Shown here one piece after another: positions 22,877-33,311 of a stretch of DNA of 64,000 bases. The position numbers and the translations under genes were made by a program. Numbering within the stretch: position 1 is the first letter of the stretch; each line of letters begins with the position of its first letter. Where the stretch lies: assembly GCA_946965045.2 (NCBI GenBank), contig OX337229.1:1550001-1614000 (forward strand), read 5' to 3'. Source of the stretch: Epithemia pelagica (lineage: Eukaryota; Protista; Bacillariophyta). The notes beneath the pieces were generated by a model, which made no database searches, was not told where the DNA came from, and saw only the letters and a list, made by a program, of their open reading frames with translations.

Positions 22877-25332
22877 TCATATGATCTGCTGTTCCCATAC
22901 AACATGTGAAACAGAGCAAGCCTGCGACACTTGTACAAAAAGGTGGTTTCGAACCCTGACCGTAACTTCCAAACCGACTCGGGTGTCGGGTTTCTTTTCC
23001 GCATCGTGTGGGAACACAATGTTTCTTCGTCTGACAGATGACTCATTGTCTTGTTCGGCAATCTTCGCCGCGTTGGTCAGGATCGCATTGGGAGGGACGG
23101 CAATATGGACACACATTTTTCGGCCCAAGTATAGAGTTCCTGCTGCAGCAATTTCCTGGGTGCTATTCACGACATCGACGCCGCCAACTTCAAACCCCAA
23201 GTCACGACCCATTTCACACTTGTCGGCATCGCGTTTCTCGTTCACTTTGCAAATGACAACGGAATGGAACCAACCAATAGCTTTGTCTCCTACTCTTGGA
23301 TACGTTTCGGATGTCTTGGAGGAACTTGATTCATATGGGAGAAACAATCGGAGCTTCCCCGACATGACAATCCCATAGAAGGCCTTTTTGCTGTCGACAA
23401 AGCCGAGACCACCATATAAGCCCAACGTTCGTTTGGCAGCCTTTTCTTTTTCGGACAGGTCCATGACCCACCCACGGTTGTAGTACATTTTTGATTTCGG
23501 CAGCATGATATCCATATCTTGTGCAACTGCACCTGAAATGGCATTTTCCACCAAGTCGCCTCTCCCCATAATTGGTTCAAAGGTTGTTCTGCAGTGAGTA
23601 GGACGCATACGCCATCTGTGAGTGCGATTGTCCATTTCTTCTCCAAACAAGATGGATGTCCAGGGAGGCAGATCTGACACATTTAAGTTGGCGTATGGTT
23701 TCGGCAAGAGTGAAACGTCCAACTTTTGCTGTGATCGGTCGTCGTCACAATCAAGGCCGATCCCTGGGTCGGTCAAAGAGGCTGCCACCAATTCTAGAGC
23801 TGCAAGAAAATGCATTGCTAATATCCATCCAATGAATTCATGTTCTTTCATTGCTGGATGATGAAGAGCTTGGCCTGGTGCTCCATGGGGTGCTCCAAAC
23901 TTAATCACAGACAACAAGGATGAATGGCGAAGAGGCAGAATACACGTGATGATGAGTCTTTTATATGCAAACATGATTTCATGCATATCAGGTCGCACCA
24001 ACTTACTTTTCTCCAATCACGAAAGCCCAAGGGCAGGTCACGATCTTCGCGAGAAAGAAAGGGTTCCGTCGCTGGTTCTGTGTGAAGGACCACCGAATCT
24101 TTGAGGTCTCTTGTTTGTAAATAATACTTGAGCAAGTCACGTCTCTGAGTAGCCATATGGGTGTCTTTGACAATGAGTTTGGGACGTCGTGGTAGTTGGA
24201 GCGCGTGTCGGATATAGGCTTCCAGTCCAAAGGGATCACCACCGGCTTCGTTCATGGCAAAGTCCCAGGAAATCACATCGGTTTCCTCTCCCCAAAAGTT
24301 TTTCATACACCAACCATAGGGAAAGGATGGACATCCACCAACGGCAGCATTTGTCACATTCAAACGAACACCGAGCAACTCAAAGGCATCATGAAGTTTT
24401 CGTTCCAAGACAAACGGAAACGATTGATGAAAGTAGTTGCCACGTCCTACGGTCACAGAGTAGCCTCCAAAGGTGAAACGAAAGGTTCGATTTGCGTTTC
24501 TTGCCGAGTAGATTCGACAGGCTGTATGTTTCAGATCTGAAGGGAAGTTGGATCCTGGTGCCGAATCGTCCTTTGTATCGTGGTGATCCCATCCAAAGGT
24601 GGAGAGACCACGGTCAAGTATGGTTCGTGCAGCATTTTCTCCACCATACAGCTCCGCAAAGTCTCTTCTTAGATTCGATGCCGTCTTCCAAAACCGTTTC
24701 AGTTCACCACTCTCATCCCTGTGCTTGTTCTTCTGGTTTTGTGCTGGGGTGTTTTTGGCAAAAAGCTTTGCCAGAGCAAACGCATCGTAATTGGCATGTT
24801 GTGATAAGTTGAACAAGGGCAGTGGAGGGGGTACGTATTCGGTTGCAATTTGAACAGGAGTATCCAAATCTTCCTGATGAAGAAGTGGATCCTTCGCTTG
24901 AGTCTCGCTGCTCCCGTGTTTTGCTACTGCTGCAGCCGCTTCTTCTTCCTCCTTTAGGTCTTTGGCAAGGCCGGCCATGTAGTCATCGTCGTAGTCTTCT
25001 TGGGCTGGTTGTGGTGGTGGAGCTGGCACAATGTACCGATAAACCCTCCATGAAGCCAAGAAAAGGAGGGACAATACAGTTCCTGTTTGCAGGAACAAGA
25101 CATAAAAGGGTGGATCATTGTCGGGTGTTGTTGTTCGTTGATGTTTGCGCTTCTTTCGTCGTTTGACCGGTGTGGTGGTTGGATTCTTCTTCCATATCTC
25201 GGAAGAAAACAAGTCGCCATCCTCAACCGTCTTGGTAGTCTTGACCGGTCGCCGGCGTCGAGACAAGGCTTCTCCCTCCAACATTCGACAAACGATGAGA
25301 GAAGCAACGACCAAACTCAATGACGACCGCAA
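22877..25332 (-). CDS. Membrane-anchored SGNH-hydrolase-like protein, 2 exons (~782 aa)
   Basis: Exons 25332-24007 and 23899-22877 join in frame (DWRK|FGAPHGAPG). Blocks FGGYSVTVG, NAAVGG, WDFAMNE; hydrophobic segments near the N-terminus. Confidence 0.65.
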
Positions 25333-25525
25333 TGAGAAATGAATGAGATGGTCATTGAGCAGAGAGGCAGGGAAAGTAAGGACTCAAAAGCGACTTTAAA
25401 GCGACCAAAGGACAAATTTTTCGTGGACCACAGAGAGGCAGATGGCACGATGTCGGTTGGATCTATTGTTCGACGACGATTCTGTCACTTCGTTGCAAGA
25501 TCTGCCTCGCCCTTTTGGCTGCACA

Positions 25526-27148
25526 ATGAACAAATGCATGATGCTGGTAGCGTTCCTGGCATCGAAACATGCCCTGTCCAGAAATGCCGCGGCAGCTTGG
25601 ATGGCGACCGCTGCCGGAAAGAGACAACGATCGTTCCATCGCCTCCTGCCCCTTTGTCAAAGTAGTACCCACATGGATGACCAGGGACGACAAATTCGAA
25701 GACGATCCAACGATGACGACAATGAGTGGGATAAAGACTATATGGACAACCGAGCTTCGGACGATGACTGGAATGTAGCTCCTTCTCGAACCAATTTTCA
25801 AGACTATTCCACTTCGCGTCGTCGTTTCGACAATGATCGTGATCAAGACGGTTGGGACGATTTCGATCCATTTCGCAACAATAACAACGACGACGATAGG
25901 AGGGACAACAATCGCAATTTCAACAACCGTGGTTACAATCGATCGCCAGGTTCCATTGGTGGTCGCCGCTCGCGTCAGAGAAGTGACTCCGGAGACACCA
26001 GACGGTTCAACAACCATAGGAAGAATGGACCTGCTCGTTCGAGAAACAGTAATAATTTCTCTCGTCAATACGACAACCGTTACTCCAGTCCACCAGCCAA
26101 AAACGAATCACCTGACCGGAAGATTAACATGAGAGCTCTGGAAGGAGCAGGCTTTGTACATTTGTATGGATTGGCGTCCACTCTCAACGCTCTCGAAGCC
26201 AATCGCCGCGATTTCAGGCGGCCAGAAGATGAAATTGACCTGGATTCATTGGAAGGAAATGATCTTCGTTACGAACTCAAACAACGAGAACGGAAGCCCG
26301 AAGCACAATTCTCTCCTTGGCTGTTTTTGCAATCCAGCACGGGCGAAAAGAGTACTCGATCCTATAGCAAATCCATGCAGGCTGATCGTGTCCAGTATCT
26401 GGCCGAGAAACGTGGTATTCCAATTGCCCATGTCGATAAGGGTGTCCTGAACTCCCTATCCAACAATCGTCCTCATCAGGGATACGTCCTTCGATGTGGG
26501 AAACTGGACTTTGACCTACTTCCTCGTCTTCCCAATCCAAATGGGGAGGATGAGGATGAGGACGAGGAAGCGGGAGACAACTTCAGTGGTGAGGAATTCT
26601 CTCTTCATCCACCCAAATTATGGTTGGCCCTTGACGAGGTTGTCGACCCACAAAATTTGGGAGCCTTACTCAGATCGGTCCATTTTCTGGGTGGTGATGG
26701 GAGCAGTGAAACATCACCTGCCGTTCGTGTGCTGGTTTGTGCCAAAAACTCCGCACCACCCTCACCTGTGGTGAGCGCGAGTTCTGCAGGAGCCTTGGAG
26801 ATCATGAAGATATACAGTACTTACAATTTGCATAAAACCTTGGCTACCGCCGAAATGGATGGATACCGAGTGATTGGGGCCTCCTCCAGCGTACCCAAAA
26901 ATCTGGACGATGTTCCCATTTACAATCTACAGGACTTGCCTCCATTGGACCCCAACCAGCCCACTGTTTTGGTTTTGGGATCCGAAGGACATGGAATACG
27001 CAACCTGGTAGCCACGTCATGTACCGAATTTGTTCGAATTCCTGGCGGAAGTGAGCACATGAACCAGGATGCAGATGTGGGGGGAGTGGATTCTCTCAAT
27101 GTCAGTGTCACAGGAGGGATCCTCCTTTGGCATTTGTTGCGTGGCTAA
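25526..27148 (+). CDS. SpoU/TrmH-family rRNA 2'-O-methyltransferase (MRM1/RlmB-like)
   Basis: HQGYVL, LALDEVVDPQNLGALLRS, LVLGSEGHGIR, VDSLNVSV..GILL; long N/D/R-rich N-terminal extension; start uncertain (25442-25541). Confidence 0.9.
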   Translation: MNKCMMLVAFLASKHALSRNAAAAWMATAAGKRQRSFHRLLPLCQSSTHMDDQGRQIRRRSNDDDNEWDKDYMDNRASDDDWNVAPSRTNFQDYSTSRRRFDNDRDQDGWDDFDPFRNNNNDDDRRDNNRNFNNRGYNRSPGSIGGRRSRQRSDSGDTRRFNNHRKNGPARSRNSNNFSRQYDNRYSSPPAKNESPDRKINMRALEGAGFVHLYGLASTLNALEANRRDFRRPEDEIDLDSLEGNDLRYELKQRERKPEAQFSPWLFLQSSTGEKSTRSYSKSMQADRVQYLAEKRGIPIAHVDKGVLNSLSNNRPHQGYVLRCGKLDFDLLPRLPNPNGEDEDEDEEAGDNFSGEEFSLHPPKLWLALDEVVDPQNLGALLRSVHFLGGDGSSETSPAVRVLVCAKNSAPPSPVVSASSAGALEIMKIYSTYNLHKTLATAEMDGYRVIGASSSVPKNLDDVPIYNLQDLPPLDPNQPTVLVLGSEGHGIRNLVATSCTEFVRIPGGSEHMNQDADVGGVDSLNVSVTGGILLWHLLRG

Positions 27149-27444
27149 AGTGATGACTGTCGCTTCGATGGATAATTGCGATCCAACCAAACAAATACTT
27201 TTCTAAACCGATGTAGCTCGTTATACCTGGTCGTACTATGTAGGTGATTCCATTTCACATCAGCTGGTCACCATGTTGAACTTTCTTCGGAGAATCAACT
27301 AGAGTATCATTGTCGTTGATCTTCTTCGCTTGATCTCTTCTACCTTACGGAGGAGACTCAAACCAACAACAAATATCATCTATCATCTCTAACTCTAATC
27401 TCTCCCATTTCTCCCATCTACAAAAAATAATAATACGAGTGTAG

Positions 27445-28036
27445 AGTAGCCAATACAAAATACAATGCGAGTATACCCATGCCGCGTGGGTTAAGGCAGA
27501 GATTCAAAAACTTGACAAGCAAATCCGGATTGCTCCAGAGCAAAATTCGCAGCAAGGGCTTTCAGATATGTCGACCTCCACCGCTACGATTGTCGGCTCT
27601 TCTCTGTTGATTGCACTGGTGTCGGTTGTGGCTTTCATTCCGTCTTAGAAAACGGTAGTTTTGCCGATTCACAATCTCGACCGTGAGCTCGAAGATATGG
27701 CGTGCGGTCGGGATCTCAGTTACCGAGTGGATGACGCCAGTGAAGTCGAGGTCGGAACCACAGCTAAAAGTGTGAATGGCTTATTGAGTACTTTCCAATC
27801 AAGTCGGGGAAGCGATTCATGCGATGGGCGGCGTGGCCAAATCCATGGATGCGGGGGCAGCGGAGTCACAGACGTCTGTGGACCATATGCATCGAGAAAT
27901 TGAGCAACATGGTGTCAGCATGGAAGCCCTGGAGAACCAAATTCGAAGTAGTTCTGATGTGGCAGAAAAAGCCTCAACTACCGGCCAGAAGGGTGCTGAA
28001 GATGTTGTTGAAGTTGAGGCCACTTCTAGTCCTTAA
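27445..28036 (+). pseudogene. Decayed bacterial methyl-accepting chemotaxis protein fragment (TM2-HAMP-start of signalling helix)
   Basis: One frame reads TIVGSSLLIALVSVVAFIPS*KTVVLPIHNLDRELEDMACGRDLSYRVDDASEVEVGTTAKSVNGLLSTFQS (stop at 27646). After a frameshift near 27800 it continues VGEAIHAMGGVAKSMDAGAAESQTSVDHMHREIEQ. Confidence 0.68.
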
Positions 28037-28340
28037 TCGACGTTGTCATCATGGCATGATATAGCTCTTTGGCTTGTTTTGCTCGATGAATGTCTCTTGG
28101 CGTGAATTGTTCCATGTTTTCCTTGACGGTAGTGACAAACGTTATGCCGTTGTCGTTCGGATCGTAACACCACAGTCCTCCACTGATCGGTTTGAACGTC
28201 CTGGTGTCCTTCCCATCTTCAATGTAAAAGCTGCCATAATGTTTGGAAATTTTTGCTGGACTCGATATGGTTGTACCATACTGCTTACTGCTTCGTAGTT
28301 CGGTAAATCGCCGATTTTGGTACATTTCATAATTCCGCAA
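28026..28340 (-). mobile_element. Relic of a different Ty1/Copia lineage (region between protease and integrase)
   Basis: GGLWCYD...FVTTVKENMEQFTPRDIHRAKQAKELYHAM resembles the conserved TV.EN...FT.R....A..AR.LY pre-integrase segment of diatom Copia polyproteins; no LTR seen. Confidence 0.62.
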
Positions 28341-28347
28341 GATTCGT

Positions 28348-29298
28348 TTACGTTATACTGTTGACCTTTGCCAGTGAACATCTCGCTAGCCGTCTCGCCT
28401 CATCTAGGACTTCGATTGGGTTGTCACCGTCTGCTCTTTCGGGCATGTTCGCCGGAATTATTCCATATTTGTCTCGAATCATCTCTTCGAGCTGGTCTCG
28501 AGTCCACTTGATTGGTATCCATTCGGGTTTTTTCTCTTCGTCTCCTGAGAGGCTCACGTCGCGACATATTCGCGCTAGAGGAGCAATTCTTCCCCATCCA
28601 TTCAACCGCACGAGACTGTTGGCTGTCGCCTTATCCCTAACCAGCACGAATAGAAGAACTTCCCTTGCTTTGACAATTGGATATAAATGTTTCATGAACC
28701 AAATATCCTCTTCTTTGATGTTATTAAAATCATCAAACACTATGACGGGTGTTCTTGGTAACAGAGTGAGGTCTAGCCCATCAATAGTGGGCATAACATC
28801 ATCCTCTTCGACCGTTCCGAAGCCGCTGCACATAGTTAGCAAGCCATCCATGAGACGATCCGCCCATGATTGAGTTTCACGGGTCATTGTCGCTTCTGAA
28901 ACGGCCGTCACCAGAAAAGTTTCCCAATCGGAACATTCTTCTTCGTACACTTTTTTGGGTATTCCCAATCTCTTTGCAACACCTTTCCAGTAAACTCCAC
29001 CGGTGTTGGCACCGGCACAGTTACAAAACATAATTCCCCCAGCTGAATTCTTGAGAACAAATTTAGCCGCCGTTGACTTTCCCAGTCCACGATCGGCTTG
29101 CACGACAACAACTCCGGTCTCGCCGCATGCCTCCACCATGTATTCGAGCAACTCAGATCGCAGGAAGCTGGGGGGAAAGCGCCCTTTCTCTGGATCGTTA
29201 AGAATAGCTCGCTTCTGGATAAAGCGATTCAGCAGCACATTCTTCTGCTTCTCGAATCGTCCGAGGCGTAAGTCTTCGAGGGTAATGTTTAGACTCAT
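28348..29298 (-). CDS. Orphan P-loop NTPase (AAA/STAND-like)
   Basis: Intact 316-aa ORF; Walker A VVVVQADRGLGKST, Walker B PVIVFDDF. Confidence 0.68.
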   Translation of the reverse strand: MSLNITLEDLRLGRFEKQKNVLLNRFIQKRAILNDPEKGRFPPSFLRSELLEYMVEACGETGVVVVQADRGLGKSTAAKFVLKNSAGGIMFCNCAGANTGGVYWKGVAKRLGIPKKVYEEECSDWETFLVTAVSEATMTRETQSWADRLMDGLLTMCSGFGTVEEDDVMPTIDGLDLTLLPRTPVIVFDDFNNIKEEDIWFMKHLYPIVKAREVLLFVLVRDKATANSLVRLNGWGRIAPLARICRDVSLSGDEEKKPEWIPIKWTRDQLEEMIRDKYGIIPANMPERADGDNPIEVLDEARRLARCSLAKVNSIT

Positions 29299-29679
29299 GC
29301 CTGTGTTGACTTTGGCAATTCAGAATTCAGTTGAGGTTGTTCGCGCTTTGTCATGTTGTGCATTGTTGCTGTTGTCCTGTGAAGAAATTCACAAGAGAAA
29401 ATGAGCTATGGGCTCAGTTTTTTCAGTAACCTTACTCCCACTCCCAGCAACTTCCGGTAACTACACTCAGCGCTGGAGATTCAGCGCTGGATATGCGTGA
29501 CCGCCTACCGCAGGAACGACCTCTACTTCTTACTCGTAGAGTTTGTGCGTTGGCGGAAAGCAAGAGAACGCGCAAGAGAATTCCTAACCGTTTCAAGGTT
29601 ATTACGTGGTGTTTAAAGGTTTTGAATACCGGTTCCTCTTCTCCAGCTATGAAAAATCTGACGTCGTCCAGTATGAGAT

Positions 29680-32600
29680 TCATTCGCCATTATTTCCCCT
29701 CCATATTGGTGAGGCGGCCAGACCAAATTTGGTCGCGTGTACTGGACACGTGCTAGGGAGAGCTTGCTCTCAAACAGGGTGGCTTTGCCAGCTCTCCAAC
29801 TGCCAGCAAGCGGCCCTGCGTGGATGACGGTTGGTTGTTTCATAATGCCGGACAAGCACACAACACACAATCCTTTTCTCTTGCCAAAGCACATCGCATA
29901 AATGGCATTCCAGGTGAGCTTAATCCATTGCGGATTGCCATGACAATTACATTGCACATGCTCACTCACACTTGTCGCTTTTGCTTGCTCTGCTCATTGG
30001 ACAAGAGTCTGCTCATCTGCTGTGTCTCTGGCTCAGCAGCTCATTACTTGCCATTGTTCATTTCTGTCGAAATGAGACCCATAACTTTCATTGCATTTAT
30101 CCATAGACTATAAACCTTCTTTTCTTTATTTCCTAGAAATAGAACTCAAGTGCTAGCCATCTATAGAGTTTAGTGCCTTCTGTTTTCGTGTTGTACATCT
30201 GTTTTCTGTTTGGAGCACGTCAATGACCCTCAGTTGCACCATGAACACATGACAGAGCAGCTCTTACAAGCTTGTACAGCTACAAATTGAATCATTCGCT
30301 GTTTGACTCTCGATCTAGGAGCTGATAATTAGAAAGTAGGGTGTGGGAGGAGCAAGATGGAGCCATCTACTTGAAGCAAAAACAACAAAATGTTTGGTTG
30401 TTGAGAAATGATTGAGAATGATGCTACAATATGAATAGTGAATCATCTATCCTACAGAAGACATGAAAGTAACAAACCAGCCAACAATCAAACAACAAAA
30501 GAATTACAAGAAGGGGAAAGGAAAAGATATTCCACTCGACCATAAGCAGCTTATACCTAGTCTACTCGTACAACATGAGACAAAACCAAAGGATCATGCA
30601 TAAACAAAAGGAAAGATTGCAGCAGTGATGAGTAAGAAGAAAGAAAAGGAGACAACAAGATTAGAAATAAGCAGCAGTAGTGAGAAGTTAGAAGTGATTC
30701 AGCCCAGCATGATCCGTCCATGGTTCTTACCTCACGTCATGGTCAAGCATTTGCCAGGGTTTTGGGTTTTGTGACAGACGAGAGCGAGAGGGTTGTCCAA
30801 ATTTACAAGCTGGTTTCACGAGGAACCTGTCTAGTCTATTACAGTAGAAATACTGTACTGACAATTTTGTACATAAACGATCATAGTAATTATCTATGCC
30901 CCTTTGCTTCTCGATACGGCAAATTTGGGGAAACGATGCCGTTCAAACCAGGAAGACCATGAGTCACCGGTCACCGCGCTTGGCGCTCACTTCGAGTGCG
31001 GACTCGACCGATACACAAACGGCCCCTGTTCCCCAAACTCCACCGACGCAGCTGATTCAGCCATCGTTGCGGAAACCGACGGCACCCAATCGAATGCATC
31101 CCACCACGTCAATTGGAGGCATGATCATGATGGGTCTTGCCCCCACCATCAAGTGACACCCGATATCCCCAAGACCATTGACAACTTGGACCTGGATCAA
31201 CCACATCGCAACAGTGATGATAATCACACTCTCATGAAGCAATTCCAAATACAAGACTAACGCCCGTGGTGGACAATGATCAAGTGGATGTCACCTTTGG
31301 ATGTGGAACCAACTTGTTGTCGACCGGATTCATATTGGAAAGCACGGATCCCGTGGTGCGAGACTTGTTTCTTCCCTTTCCCCGAACCAGCGATGGTACC
31401 AATCACCATACGAGCAGCAGCAGTGGTAGTAGTATTCTTCCCAACCAGCCAAACAATCCATACGACGAGGACGAGGATGTGAATAGTCGACGAACGCAGT
31501 CTCATCCACAATCCACAACTCCCATCCAAACCGTCCACTTCTCGAACGACCATTTCGGGACGAGTCAATACGACACCAGGAAGGACGACCAGTACACTGA
31601 CGCCGGTCCTGCAGCCCATCTCGTCCTCTGATTCCGCCATCAACTTTCGTACCGGCCTGTCTGGACACAGTGGGTTGGCAGTCTCCTCTTTGAAAAAAAG
31701 CAAGCCCCATTATTCTCCTCAAGCATCCAATCACCACCATGCAACCAACAGCAACAACCCACCGAGTATTACTCCTAGAGTTTGGGATTTTGATTGTGGT
31801 ATTTCATGTGCCTGGTTCGTAGCGGATAATCATTCCTACATATATATATATAACTGTTCATTTTGTATGATTCCTTCCAAACTGCCTGCGTATCCTTGAC
31901 AGACTGTTTCATCTCCAAACTCCAGGCCAGGCATGTGTGCGAATATCTACTAGGGATGTAAACGTAAGAGCCGATGTTACTAATCGTTCTAATAGGTATT
32001 AAGTGGACAACATTGTGAAGAAAAGATCCTGGTTTGGGAGATTGGTTGTCACACAGCCAAGTGCAGCGTTGACGACGGGACAGTCTCTCACACAGCCAGG
32101 GAGACAAACGAGGCAGCGGACGAGGCGAAAGTTTCTCACAAAGCCGGGGAGACAAACGAGGCAGCGGACGAGGCGACCACAGAACAGTGCACAACATGAA
32201 GCACTGCTATTTCTCGAGATACAGGCACCGCGTACGTGAAGTTTTTCGATAATCTGTTTATGTTATACCCATGCTATCGATCTGGCGCTTTACTTCAGGT
32301 ACCAGCGGCATGTGACGGCTATGGTGACCGGAAGCGGTGGCAGTTGTTTTTGTTTTCGTATTTCATAACGAAATTATGTGAGGAACGAGAAAACCTTAAC
32401 GCGTCCGCACCGCTAGATTACTATGAGATAATATGTACCAGAGAAAAGGGAGTAATTACCAATATTTGTACACAATTTTTGTACTGTAATAGACGAGGTA
32501 TATGGCGCGCGAAACCAGCTTGTATGAGCATTCGTCTCAAACAAGGACGCAAGCCGACCTTGATGTAACGGTGTTGGCAATTAGAGATACTTAGAGCTAC

Positions 32601-32692
32601 CTGAAGCAGTGGCGGGCGACATTGAAAACAGGATAGGGTTGGGGATTTGTCTGGCCGCCTCACCAATATGGAGGGGAAATAATGGCGAATGA
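29680..32692. repeat. 44-bp perfect inverted repeat pair about 2.9 kb apart
   Basis: TCATTCGCCATTATTTCCCCTCCATATTGGTGAGGCGGCCAGAC at 29680-29723 and its exact reverse complement at 32649-32692. Confidence 0.85.
32082..32177. repeat. 48-bp tandem duplication
   Basis: Two near-identical units containing GGGAGACAAACGAGGCAGCGGACGAGGCGA. Confidence 0.85.
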
Positions 32693-32773
32693 GACTCGTG
32701 ATAAAAAGAGACCTTTCCTTGGACATCAAAAGATTGATTCACGGAGAAAAGAAAGTTGACTACCTAGGTAGGT

Positions 32774-33296
32774 TCGCACAAGGTAGATGACCGTGACTGA
32801 TCGTACGATGAGTCACGATCAATACCTAGTGGTTTCATCTGGCTGTGACGTCATAATATACAAACACCTAGCACATGTAGATCGTAGTTTAGACAATGGG
32901 GAGAAAGGGAATACGATAGGAGGCGCTTTCAATGGCCTTGGACATGAGCTAGACATCATCCATGAACATGTGCGATATCTTGGGACGATTGAATGCGATC
33001 TAGATGTCAGATGCACACGAACCAGCAATGCTGCGTGTAGATTTCTACGTACCTAGTACAAATGGATGGAAAAGGGGGAACAACAACAACGAGCACTAAC
33101 ATAGACGATAACACTCACAATTCTAAAAAGCATCATCATCACATCTCTTTGTGTCCTACCTACTCTTCTAGTAGTTGTTGGCCTTTTCCTTGACCCGTGG
33201 GGGATTGGCTACGTGGTTGGTGCCTTGAATTGTCTAACGCTTTGTTGTATCTTTGATTGTTGTGTCGTAACGACCGGAGTCCTTCATCTTTTGTCA
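32774..33296 (+). repeat. 5' LTR of element 1
   Basis: TCGCACAAGG...CTTTTGTCA; identical by eye to 39970-40492. Confidence 0.96.
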
Positions 33297-33311
33297 GATT
33301 AACAGTCTCAA
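33297..33311 (+). other. Primer-binding site of element 1
   Basis: GATTAACAGTCTCAA directly after the LTR terminal CA; the same 15-mer follows the LTR of element 2. Confidence 0.85.

Noticed and set aside
30720-31740. Chain of short ORFs inside the inverted-repeat interval as a transposase
   Set aside because: Low-complexity S/T/D/H/P content with no DDE, HUH or RT motifs.
32082-32177. 48-bp repeat as a CRISPR-like array or protein repeat
   Set aside because: Only two adjacent units with no spacers, in a eukaryotic context; the possible exon (..ETNEAADEA..) could not be joined to a gene.
32787-33056. 89-aa ORF appearing twice (also 39983-40252)
   Set aside because: It lies inside the identical LTRs, so the duplication is not evidence of coding.
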